Source: a virus
Taxonomy: Duplodnaviria; Caudoviricetes
IMG/VR virus record: IMGVR_UViG_3300005573_000202
Coordinates: 1 to 34,914 of that record
Length of the DNA stretch: 34,914 nucleotides
Reading direction: 5' to 3' (one strand)
Below the pieces are notes generated by a model. That model was not told where the DNA came from. It saw only the letters and a program-made list of their open reading frames with translations, and did no database searches. Each line of letters begins with the position of its first letter. The first letter of the stretch is position 1. Positions 1 to 7,953 of this stretch are shown here, one piece after another. A program made the position numbers and the translations under genes.

Positions 1-321
1 AAATCGTGGCGCGAGTTGGAGAAGCACCGGCTGGCGGTGGCCAAGCCCGTCTACGCGGCGCAGGTCGCGCTCTACCAGGCCTATCTCGAACTGCACGAGC
101 ACCCTGCGCTCTTCACGGCGATCAACGCCGACACGATGGAGATCCACGCGGAGCTGGTGCCCTTCGATGCGCAACTCGCGCAGCGCATGTCGGACCGCGC
201 GGTCAAGGTCATCACGGCGACCGACTCCGGCGAGCTGCTGCCACGTGCTTTCTCCGATTCCACGCACTTCGAGTGCCGGATGTGCGCGTGGCAGGACCGG
301 TGCTGGAGGAGTCAAGCATGA
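1..321 (+). CDS. PD-(D/E)XK (RecB/Cas4-like) phage nuclease, 5'-truncated by window
   Basis: Frame is open from base 1. It has a QxxxY motif (YAAQVALYQAY) and a C-terminal CxxCxxxxxC (ECRMCAWQDRC) like Fe-S Cas4/AddB-type nucleases. Confidence 0.7.
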   Translation, partial: KSWRELEKHRLAVAKPVYAAQVALYQAYLELHEHPALFTAINADTMEIHAELVPFDAQLAQRMSDRAVKVITATDSGELLPRAFSDSTHFECRMCAWQDRCWRSQA

Positions 322-569
322 GGACCCGGCCCGATGCCATCGCGGCGGCCGAGCCGATGATCGACGCCAAGCAAGCGGCCGCGTCGCTTCGATTGCCGTA
401 CTACTGGTTCGCCGACCCGGCGATGCGCAGCAAGTACCGCATACCGCACTACCTCCTGGGCGGGCTCGTTCGGTACCGGCTGTCTGAACTGTCTGCGTGG
501 GCGGCCCGCAGCACCGCGGCGCAGCGGCTGGATGCTCTGCAACCAGGCAACGTCGGGGGGAGCGAATGA
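318..569 (+). CDS. Small excisionase/AlpA-like helix-turn-helix DNA-binding protein
   Basis: ATG overlaps the upstream stop (ATGA). The sequence IDAKQAAASL...IPHYLLGGLVRYRLSELSAW fits the Xis-like winged HTH pattern. Confidence 0.7.
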   Translation: MRTRPDAIAAAEPMIDAKQAAASLRLPYYWFADPAMRSKYRIPHYLLGGLVRYRLSELSAWAARSTAAQRLDALQPGNVGGSE

Positions 570-2848
570 TCGACTTCAACGACATTGCCCCTGCCCCCGA
601 GCGCAGCCTCGATGTCGAGCGCGATCAGATCCGCGCCGCGTTGTTGGCCCAGCTCGAATCGGTGCTGTTCACCCTGTTCCCCGCTGGCAGGAAGCGCCGC
701 GGCACGTTCGTCGTCGGCGATGTGCTCGGCAGCCCCGGCGACAGCCTCGAAGTGGTACTTGAGGGCGAGAAGGCCGGCTTGTGGACCGACCGTGCCACGC
801 GCGACGGTGGCGATATCTTCGACCTCATGGCGGCCCATCTCGGTGCGGATGTCCACACCGAGTTCCCGCGGGTGTTGGAGGCTGCTGCCGACCTGATCGG
901 ACGCGTCAGGCCGATCGCGCCGCGTCGGTCCAGGAAGGAGGCGGCCGTTGACGACCTCGGCCCCGCCACCGCCAAGTGGGACTACCTCGACGCGCAGGGG
1001 CGCCTGATCGCGGTCGTCTACCGCTACGACCCGCCCGGGCAGAAGAAGCAGTTCCGGCCCTGGGATGCGCGCCGCCGCAAGATGGCCCCGCCCGAGCCGC
1101 GCCCGCTCTACAACCAGCCCGGAATGATCAGTGCCGCACAGGTGGTGCTGGTCGAGGGCGAGAAATGCGCGCAGGCGCTGATCGATGCGGGCGTCACTGC
1201 CACCACCGCGATGCACGGTGCCAACGCCCCGGTGGACAAGACCGACTGGTCGCCGCTGGCGGGTAAGGCTGTGCTCATTTGGCCCGACCGCGACAAGCCG
1301 GGCTGGGAGTACGCGGTGCAAGCGGCGCAGGCCATCCTGTCCGCCGGTGCCAAGTCCTGCCACATCCTGTACCCGCCCGAGGAGGCCGCCGAAGGCTGGG
1401 ACGCGGCGGACGCCATGGCCGAAGGCTTCGATGTCGCCACCTTCCTTACCCACGGCCCGCGCGTGCAGATGCACGACGTGGCCGATGCCGACGAGCCGGT
1501 GGTCAGCAGCGACGAGTCCGTCTGGGGCACTGAGGACGCGCTGGCGCTGGCCTTCACCCGGCGCTACCACCGCGACTGGCGCTACGTCGCCCCGTGGGGG
1601 CGCTGGCTGGTGTGGGATGGGCGGCGCTGGCGTCACGAGGAGACGCTGGCGGCCACCGACTTGATCCGCAGTGTGTGCCGCCAGATGGCGGTGCGCGCCG
1701 ACAACCCCAAAGTGGCTGCGAAGCTCGCCACCTCCGGCACCGTGGGCGGCGTGGAACGGCTGGCCCGCTCGGATCGACGCCATGCCGCGACCACGGCCGA
1801 GTGGGACGCCGACCCCTGGCTGCTCAACACGCCGGGCGGTGTGGTCGATCTCAAGACAGGTCGGATGCGCCCGCACGAGCGCGCCGACCGCATGACCAAG
1901 ATCACCACGGCCACACCGGGCGGCGACTGCCCGACCTGGAGGCAGTTCATCGACGAGGTCACGGGCGGCGACGCCGAACTGCAAGCCTACCTGCAACGGA
2001 TGGTCGGCTACGCCTTGACCGGGTCAACGCAAGAGCACGCGCTGTTCTTCCTGTACGGCACCGGCGCAAACGGCAAGTCGGTGTTCGTCAACACCCTGGC
2101 CACCATCCTGGGGGACTACGCCACCAATGCGCCCATGGACACCTTCATGGAAACGCGTACCGACCGCCACCCGACCGACATGGCGGGACTTCGCGGCGCA
2201 CGGTTCGTCGCGGCCATCGAGACCGAACAGGGCAAGCGCTGGGCCGAGTCCAAGGTCAAGAGTCTGACCGGCGGCGACAAGATTTCCGCACGCTTCATGC
2301 GCCAGGACTTCTTCGAGTTCTACCCGCAGTTCAAGCTGTTCGTCGCCGGCAATCACAAGCCCGCCATCCGCAACATCGACGAGGCGATGAAGCGGCGGCT
2401 GCACCTGATCCCTTTCACGATCACCGTCCCGCCCGAGCGTCGTGACAAGAATCTCCAGCAGAAGCTCCTGGCCGAACGTGACGGCATCCTCGCGTGGGCC
2501 GTGCAGGGCTGTCTGGACTGGCAGCGCCTCGGACGGCTCGATCCGCCCCAGCGCGTAGTGGAGGCTACCGAGGAGTATTTCGAAGCCGAGGACGCGCTGG
2601 GCCGCTGGCTCGATGAGCGCTGTGTGCGCGAGCCCAACGCCAAGTCGCTGACGGCGGAGCTGTTCAACGACTGGAGGCAATGGGCAGAAGCTTCTGGAGA
2701 GTTTGTCGGCGCACAGCGACGTTTCTCCGATCTGCTCATCACGCGTGGGCTGGAGAAATGGCGCAACGGCATGGGCGTGCGCGGGTTTCAAGGCATTGGT
2801 TTGAAGCATCCGCCGACCCCAGCCTACACCCCTTACGCGGACGACTGA
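566..2848 (+). CDS. Phage/plasmid P4-family primase-helicase (TOPRIM + D5-N + SF3 helicase)
   Basis: TOPRIM motifs VLVEGEK and WPDRD, D5-N-like LLNTPGGVVDLKTG, Walker A GTGANGKS, and LTGGDKISARFM/GNHKP motifs; 760 aa. Confidence 0.93.
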   Translation: MIDFNDIAPAPERSLDVERDQIRAALLAQLESVLFTLFPAGRKRRGTFVVGDVLGSPGDSLEVVLEGEKAGLWTDRATRDGGDIFDLMAAHLGADVHTEFPRVLEAAADLIGRVRPIAPRRSRKEAAVDDLGPATAKWDYLDAQGRLIAVVYRYDPPGQKKQFRPWDARRRKMAPPEPRPLYNQPGMISAAQVVLVEGEKCAQALIDAGVTATTAMHGANAPVDKTDWSPLAGKAVLIWPDRDKPGWEYAVQAAQAILSAGAKSCHILYPPEEAAEGWDAADAMAEGFDVATFLTHGPRVQMHDVADADEPVVSSDESVWGTEDALALAFTRRYHRDWRYVAPWGRWLVWDGRRWRHEETLAATDLIRSVCRQMAVRADNPKVAAKLATSGTVGGVERLARSDRRHAATTAEWDADPWLLNTPGGVVDLKTGRMRPHERADRMTKITTATPGGDCPTWRQFIDEVTGGDAELQAYLQRMVGYALTGSTQEHALFFLYGTGANGKSVFVNTLATILGDYATNAPMDTFMETRTDRHPTDMAGLRGARFVAAIETEQGKRWAESKVKSLTGGDKISARFMRQDFFEFYPQFKLFVAGNHKPAIRNIDEAMKRRLHLIPFTITVPPERRDKNLQQKLLAERDGILAWAVQGCLDWQRLGRLDPPQRVVEATEEYFEAEDALGRWLDERCVREPNAKSLTAELFNDWRQWAEASGEFVGAQRRFSDLLITRGLEKWRNGMGVRGFQGIGLKHPPTPAYTPYADD

Positions 2849-2867
2849 GCCCATGAAAACCATCCAG

Positions 2868-2963
2868 TCTGACGCAGCTGACGCAGTTTGTCGTAAGTCC
2901 TACGCGTGCGCGCGTGCGCGCGCCTCATGGCGAGTTTCGATAGTCCGTGTCAGCTGCGTCAGA
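2868..2963. repeat. 96-bp imperfect palindrome after the primase; candidate replication origin
   Basis: Perfect 15-bp arms TCTGACGCAGCTGAC (2868-2882) and GTCAGCTGCGTCAGA (2949-2963). Inner 7/9 arms (2891-2899, 2932-2940) share the same axis, and there is a central alternating Pu/Py tract at 2901-2923. Confidence 0.7.
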
Positions 2964-2988
2964 TCCACATCGGATAAGGACTGACACC

Positions 2989-3465
2989 ATGACCACGACC
3001 ATCCTCGCCCTTGATCTGGGTACCACCACCGGATGGGCACTGCGCGACCGCACGGGCCACATCACCAGCGGCAGCGAGAGCTTCCGCCCGCAACGCTTCG
3101 AAGGCGGCGGCATGCGCTATTTGCGATTCCGTCGCTGGATTTCTGAAGTTCAGGAATCGGTTTCTGAAATTCAGTTTTTGTACTTTGAGGAGGTTCGACG
3201 CCACGTTGGCGTGGATGCTGCGCACGTGTACGGTGGCCTCCTGGCCACGCTTACGGCGTGGTGCGAGCACCACCAGATCCCGTACCAGGGCGTGCCCGTG
3301 GGCACGATCAAGAAGCACGCCACCGGCAAGGGCAACGCCAGCAAGGACGAGATGGTGGCGTCGGCCCGTGCCCGTGGTCATGCCCCGGCCGACGACAACG
3401 AAGCCGACGCCCTGGCCCTCCTGCACTGGGCTGTCCACCACCATGACTTTGGACAGGAGGTGTGA
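2989..3465 (+). CDS. RuvC-like Holliday junction resolvase (phage type)
   Basis: N-terminal ILALDLGTTTGWA, then FEEV, IKKHATGKGNASK and C-terminal DDNEADA acidic catalytic motifs; AAGGA RBS. Confidence 0.85.
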   Translation: MTTTILALDLGTTTGWALRDRTGHITSGSESFRPQRFEGGGMRYLRFRRWISEVQESVSEIQFLYFEEVRRHVGVDAAHVYGGLLATLTAWCEHHQIPYQGVPVGTIKKHATGKGNASKDEMVASARARGHAPADDNEADALALLHWAVHHHDFGQEV

Positions 3466-3466
3466 C

Positions 3467-3856
3467 GTGGCTCGCAACGACTGGACGATTGAGGACGTGG
3501 CAGCCCGCTTTGAGGAAGCCGCCAGCACCGGACGACGCCTGCCACCCGTGCGTGTGCAGGGCTACTTCAACACCTGGCCGGCCTTCGTGCGCCAGGAGTG
3601 GGAGGCCTTCGCGGCTGACGAGAAGGTCTACCGACCCTTCCCACCCAGCCCCGAGGCCATCGACCGCATGCTGGAGACGATGCGCTGGGTGCAGTGGCTG
3701 GAGGTCGAGCAACGCCACCTGGTGTGGATGCGGGCCAAGCGGTTCGGCTGGCGCGACATCACGATTCGCTTTGCCTGCGACCGCACGACAGCATGGCGTC
3801 GCTGGCAGCGGGCGCTGGAGATCGTGGCGGAACGCCTCAACGAATCTGCCCATTGA
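3467..3856 (+). CDS. DUF6362-like HTH protein, probable late transcription regulator (Q-position gene)
   Basis: GTG start after AGGAGG. C-terminal sigma region-4-like HTH (QRHLVWMRAKRFGWRDITIRFACDRTTAWRRWQRAL), located just before the packaging region. Confidence 0.7.
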   Translation: MARNDWTIEDVAARFEEAASTGRRLPPVRVQGYFNTWPAFVRQEWEAFAADEKVYRPFPPSPEAIDRMLETMRWVQWLEVEQRHLVWMRAKRFGWRDITIRFACDRTTAWRRWQRALEIVAERLNESAH

Positions 3857-3896
3857 CTGGCAGGTGGGTGTGATACACAATATCTGTTATTAACAG
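3853..3896 (+). promoter_or_regulatory. Sigma70-type promoter and palindromic operator of the TA pair
   Basis: TTGACT (3853-3858)-N17-CACAAT (3876-3881), followed by the palindrome CTGTTA-T-TAACAG (3884-3896) over the likely start site. Confidence 0.7.
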
Positions 3897-3910
3897 TTAA
3901 GAGTCATGCC

Positions 3911-4168
3911 ATGCCCACCAGTGTCGCCCTTGGCAATCACTTCGAAACCTTCGTCCGCGATCAGGTGCAAAGCGGTCGCTTCAACAACGTCAGCGAGGTC
4001 GTGCGGGCGGGACTGCGTCTACTGGAAGAACGCGAGGAGCGCAAGCAGCTCGAACTGGAAGCCCTGCGTGCAGAGATCGCGGCTGGCCGTGCCAGCGGCC
4101 CCGCCAAGCCTGCCGATGCGGTTTTCGACCGCCTTGAGGCCAAGTACGTGGCACAAGTTGGTCGTTGA
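3911..4168 (+). CDS. parD: Type II antitoxin, ParD family (ribbon-helix-helix)
   Basis: 85 aa; SVALG...VQSGRFNNVSEVVRAGLRLLEE is the ParD/CopG-like signature. It overlaps the toxin start (TGATG). Confidence 0.92.
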   Translation: MPTSVALGNHFETFVRDQVQSGRFNNVSEVVRAGLRLLEEREERKQLELEALRAEIAAGRASGPAKPADAVFDRLEAKYVAQVGR

Positions 4169-4467
4169 TGCGTCTGGCCTTCACCCCAAGGGCCGAGCAA
4201 GACCTCGAAGCCATCGCCGATTACATTGCGGCTGACAACCCCGGGCGCGCCCTGAGCTTCGTGCGTGAGCTGCGCGCGCAGTGTCAGCGCATCACGCACA
4301 ACCCGCCCGGCTATCGCCTTCGTCCCGAGCTGGGCGATGGCATCCGGTCCTGTCCTCACGGCCACTACGTCATCTTCTTCGAATGCGATCCCGATGCCGT
4401 GCTGATCGTGCGCATCCTGCACGGCGCGCGTGATCTGCCCGCCGTGTTCGATGCCGATGCCGAATAG
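4168..4467 (+). CDS. parE: Type II toxin, RelE/ParE family
   Basis: 99 aa; FTPRAEQDLEAIADYIAADNP...RPELGDGIRS...YVIFF...IVRILHGARD. Confidence 0.92.
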   Translation: MRLAFTPRAEQDLEAIADYIAADNPGRALSFVRELRAQCQRITHNPPGYRLRPELGDGIRSCPHGHYVIFFECDPDAVLIVRILHGARDLPAVFDADAE

Positions 4468-4652
4468 CCGACACGACTGCCTTCCAAAATCGTGGGCCAA
4501 GCAGGGTAATGCTTGCCGCGCTTGTCCTTCGTTTCCTGCGTTTGTCCCTTTTGACGCTCGTCGAGTCTGCAACAAAACAGCCCGGCCGGGCGTAGTATTT
4601 CAGCTATCTTCTGGACAGCGGTGACGGCATAGGAAGTGGCCCAAGGCAAAAG

Positions 4653-4785
4653 GGGTCCTTCCTTCCCAAATCGCAATGCGGGGGGCGCGAGTGCGACGCT
4701 TTTTTAGCGTCAGGGCGCGAACCAGGTTACCACCCGGCCAGGTTACCGGCCCCGGTTACCACCCCCAGGCGCAGTTACCACCCCG
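4653..4785 (+). promoter_or_regulatory. Lambda-like cohesive end site (cosQ-cosN-cosB candidate)
   Basis: GGGTCCT (the lambda cosQ heptamer) at 4653-4659, then GGGCGCGAGTGC at 4683-4694 after a 23-nt gap, resembling lambda cosN GGGCGGCGACCT. A T-tract follows, then four GTTACC repeats starting at 4726, 4742, 4755 and 4774. Confidence 0.65.
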
Positions 4786-4804
4786 CCAGAATCTTCATCT
4801 ATCC

Positions 4805-4842
4805 AACCCGCCCGGCGGCAACGCTCGGCGGGTTTTGCTTTT
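4805..4842 (+). terminator. Intrinsic terminator-like hairpin before the methyltransferase genes
   Basis: AACCCGCC (4805-4812) pairs with GGCGGGTT (4827-4834), followed by TTGCTTTT. Confidence 0.65.
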
Positions 4843-4854
4843 GGGATTTCCAGT

Positions 4855-6270
4855 TTGAACACGCTCAACGTCGAGTACCGCAAGGTCGAGGCGCTGATTC
4901 CCTACGCCCGCAACCCGCGCACGCACGCCGAAGGCCAGATCGCCAAGATCGCGGCCAGCATCGTCGAGTACGGCTGGACCAACCCGATCCTGGTCGATGG
5001 TGACAACGGCATCATCGCCGGGCACGGACGTCTGGCCGCTGCCCGCAAGCTGGGTCTGGATCAGGTGCCGGTGATCGAACTGGCCCATCTGACTGTTGCG
5101 CAGAAACGGGCGCTGGTGATCGCCGACAACCGGCTGGCGCTTGATGCGGGCTGGGACGAAGAGATGCTGGCCCTGGAGCTGGCCGATTTGTCCGAGGCTG
5201 GGTACGACCTGGCGCTGACCGGCTTCGAGGATGCGGAGATCGAGGCGTTACTGGCGGACGACGCGGTAGCTGAAGATATCAGCCAGGCGCAGGATACCGA
5301 CGAACCGGACGCAGCGGACGACGTGCCGGACGCGCCCGCCGTGGCGGTGTCGCGCCCCGGCGATGTCTGGGCCATCGGTGCGCACCGGCTGATCTGCGGC
5401 GACGCCACCGACCAGGCCGTGGTTGCGGCACTGATGCAAGGCGATACCGCGCGGCTGTGCTTCACCTCGCCACCCTACGGCAACCAGCGCGACTACACCT
5501 CGGGCGGGATCGCCGACTGGGACGGCCTGATGCGCGGCGCGTTTGCACACTTGCCGATGGCAGTCGATGGCCAGGTGCTGGTCAACCTCGGGCTGATCCA
5601 CCGCGACAACGAAGTCATCCCGTATTGGGATGCGTGGCTATCTTGGATGCGTCAGCAGGGCTGGCGGCGCTTCGCGTGGTACGTCTGGGACCAAGGGCCG
5701 GGCATGCCCGGTGACTGGGCAGGACGCTTCGCCCCGAGCTTCGAGTTCGTCTTCCACTTCAACCGGCAAAGCCGCAAGCCCCACAAGATCGTGCCCTGCA
5801 AGCACGCCGGGCAGGAATCGCACCTGCGCGCCGATGGATCAAGCACGGCGATGCGCGGCAAGGACGGCGAAGTCGGCGGCTGGACGCACAAGGGCCTGCC
5901 GACGCAGGACACGCGCATCCCCGACAGCGTGATCCGCGTGATGCGCCACAAGGGCAAGATCGGCCAGGATATCGACCACCCCGCCGTGTTCCCGGTCGCG
6001 CTGCCGGAGTTCGTGATCGAAGCCTACACGGACGTGGGCGATATCGTGTTCGAACCCTTCGGTGGCAGCGGAACGACGATGCTGGCTGCCGAGCGCACGG
6101 GCCGCGTCTGCCGCAGCGTGGAAATCGCGCCGGAGTACGTGGATGTGGCCATCAAACGCTTCCAGCAGAACCACCCCGGCGTGCCGGTCAGCTTGATCGC
6201 CACCGGTCAGTCCTTCGAGCAGGTCACCGCCGAGCGCATTGCCACCTCTGATGCCGAGGTGCTGGTGTGA
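4855..6270 (+). CDS. ParB-N-domain-fused beta-class DNA methyltransferase (SPPY; possibly m4C)
   Basis: N-terminal ParB/Srx domain (LIPYARNPRTH, IIAGHGRLAAA, IADNR), an acidic linker, motif IV FTSPPY, HPAVFP and motif I EPFGGSGTT; TTG start. Confidence 0.92.
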   Translation: MNTLNVEYRKVEALIPYARNPRTHAEGQIAKIAASIVEYGWTNPILVDGDNGIIAGHGRLAAARKLGLDQVPVIELAHLTVAQKRALVIADNRLALDAGWDEEMLALELADLSEAGYDLALTGFEDAEIEALLADDAVAEDISQAQDTDEPDAADDVPDAPAVAVSRPGDVWAIGAHRLICGDATDQAVVAALMQGDTARLCFTSPPYGNQRDYTSGGIADWDGLMRGAFAHLPMAVDGQVLVNLGLIHRDNEVIPYWDAWLSWMRQQGWRRFAWYVWDQGPGMPGDWAGRFAPSFEFVFHFNRQSRKPHKIVPCKHAGQESHLRADGSSTAMRGKDGEVGGWTHKGLPTQDTRIPDSVIRVMRHKGKIGQDIDHPAVFPVALPEFVIEAYTDVGDIVFEPFGGSGTTMLAAERTGRVCRSVEIAPEYVDVAIKRFQQNHPGVPVSLIATGQSFEQVTAERIATSDAEVLV

Positions 6271-7529
6271 ACTGGCTGGCCGACAAGATCGAGCAGTGGC
6301 CGACCGCCAGGCTCATTCCTTACGCCCGCAACGCGCGCACCCACTCGGACGAGCAGGTGGCACAGATCGCCGCCAGCATCGCCGAGTTCGGTTTCACCAA
6401 TCCGATCCTGGCCGGCAGCGACGGCATCATCGTCGCTGGCCACGGACGGCTGGCCGCCGCCCAGAAACTTGGACTGGCCGTCGTGCCGGTGGTCGTGCTC
6501 GACCACTTGAGCCCGACCCAACGCCGCGCCCTGGTCATCGCGGACAACCGCATCGCCGAGAACGCGGGTTGGGACGACGCGATGCTGCGGATCGAACTGG
6601 AAGCCTTGCACTTGGACGGCTTCGACCTCGATATCACCGGTTTCGACGCTGATGCGCTGGCCGAACTGATTGCGGGCGACGAGCCTGATAACGAGGGCCA
6701 GACCGACGAGGATGCCGTGCCGGAGGTTGGTGAAACGCCAATTTCTCGCCCGGGCGATGTCTGGATCATGGGCCAACACCGGCTGCTGTGCGGCGACGCG
6801 ACCGTGGCTGAGAGCTACGACCGTCTGATGCAGGGCGGCGTGGCGGACATGGTCTTTACCGACCCGCCCTACAACGTGAACTACGCCAACTCTGCCCGCG
6901 ACAAGATGCGCGGCAAGGATCGCGCGATCCTGAACGACAACTTGGGCGACGGGTTCTATGACTTCCTGCTGGCCGCACTGACGCCCACCGTCGCCCATTG
7001 CCGGGGCGGGATGTACGTGGCGATGTCGTCGAGCGAACTGGACGTGCTGCAGGCCGCTTTTCGCGCTGCGGGCGGTCACTGGTCGACCTTCATCATCTGG
7101 GCCAAGAACACCTTCACGCTCGGTCGCGCCGACTACCAGCGCCAGTACGAGCCGATCCTCTATGGCTGGCCTGAGGGAGCGACACGCCACTGGTGTGGCG
7201 ACCGCGACCAGGGCGACGTCTGGGCCATCAAGAAGCCGCAGAAGAACGACCTGCACCCCACGATGAAGCCGGTGGAACTGGTCGAGCGGGCCATCCGAAA
7301 TTCGAGCCGCCCGGGGAACGTGGTACTCGATCCGTTCGGTGGTTCTGGCACAACGTTGATTGCGGCCGAAAAGTCAGGTCGCGTGGCGCGCCTGATCGAA
7401 CTTGACCCCAAGTACGTCGATGTGATCGTGCGCCGGTGGGAGGACTTCACCGGCAAGCAGGCCACCCGCGAGACGGATGGCGCGGCGCTCGATCAGGCGG
7501 CCAGCGATTCCTCGACGATCTCGCAGTGA
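6267..7529 (+). CDS. ParB-N-domain-fused beta-class DNA methyltransferase (DPPY; probably m6A)
   Basis: Paralogous ParB domain (IVAGHGRLAAA), motif IV FTDPPY, HPTMKP and motif I DPFGGSGTT; GTGA overlap with the previous gene. Confidence 0.93.
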   Translation: MNWLADKIEQWPTARLIPYARNARTHSDEQVAQIAASIAEFGFTNPILAGSDGIIVAGHGRLAAAQKLGLAVVPVVVLDHLSPTQRRALVIADNRIAENAGWDDAMLRIELEALHLDGFDLDITGFDADALAELIAGDEPDNEGQTDEDAVPEVGETPISRPGDVWIMGQHRLLCGDATVAESYDRLMQGGVADMVFTDPPYNVNYANSARDKMRGKDRAILNDNLGDGFYDFLLAALTPTVAHCRGGMYVAMSSSELDVLQAAFRAAGGHWSTFIIWAKNTFTLGRADYQRQYEPILYGWPEGATRHWCGDRDQGDVWAIKKPQKNDLHPTMKPVELVERAIRNSSRPGNVVLDPFGGSGTTLIAAEKSGRVARLIELDPKYVDVIVRRWEDFTGKQATRETDGAALDQAASDSSTISQ

Positions 7530-7858
7530 ATCACAAAGCCCGTCAGGTAAGGCAGGCCGCGCGGGATGCCGTATTGCTTGCTGGTCTGGCGGCCAATCGT
7601 CCAGCCCATCCAGCGCTCCGTGGCGGCGTTGATCGCGTTCGCAAGGGGCTGGCCCTGATAGAGCCCGTTCTGGACCGCGTCGGCAAAGTGTCGACCGTGG
7701 CGGCTGTCGAGGAAGGTGCGGACCGACTCGAGCGGCTGGCAGGTGGCGTCCGAGATCGCAGTCATCGCCAAGGGCCAGGCGGCCTCGGCGTGCTCGTTCA
7801 TCGTGCCCCAAAAGCCCCAGGCGTCGTTCTGGGTGGCGGGGATCTGGATGCTGGTCAT
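7493..7858 (-). CDS. Hypothetical phage protein, 121 aa (cassette 3)
   Basis: ATG preceded by a GAAGGAG RBS and the conserved upstream repeat. Its 3' end overlaps the methyltransferase stop convergently. Confidence 0.75.
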   Translation of the reverse strand: MTSIQIPATQNDAWGFWGTMNEHAEAAWPLAMTAISDATCQPLESVRTFLDSRHGRHFADAVQNGLYQGQPLANAINAATERWMGWTIGRQTSKQYGIPRGLPYLTGFVIHCEIVEESLAA

Positions 7859-7899
7859 GGTGGTTTCTCCTTCGGGTTGATCGTTGCGACACCCGCAGT

Positions 7900-7937
7900 A
7901 ACGCGCAGTTCGATTAAGAAGCCAAGCGCTACTTGGC
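7900..7937 (-). promoter_or_regulatory. Conserved upstream repeat, copy A (putative promoter/operator)
   Basis: + strand AACGCGCAGTT-N7-GAAGCCAAGC, with palindrome GCCAAG-N5-CTTGGC; about 42 nt from the ATG at 7858. Confidence 0.65.
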
Positions 7938-7953
7938 CTCTTTCTCGATCTTT

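Noticed and set aside
4721-4785. GGTTACC repeats as a mini CRISPR array, given the Cas4-like gene at 1-321
   Set aside because: The repeats are 6-10 bp with short irregular gaps and no spacer structure. Solo Cas4-like nucleases are common in phage replication modules.
4855-7529. Classical type II restriction-modification system
   Set aside because: No adjacent endonuclease. The GIY-YIG gene is over 12 kb away and any link to it is speculative.
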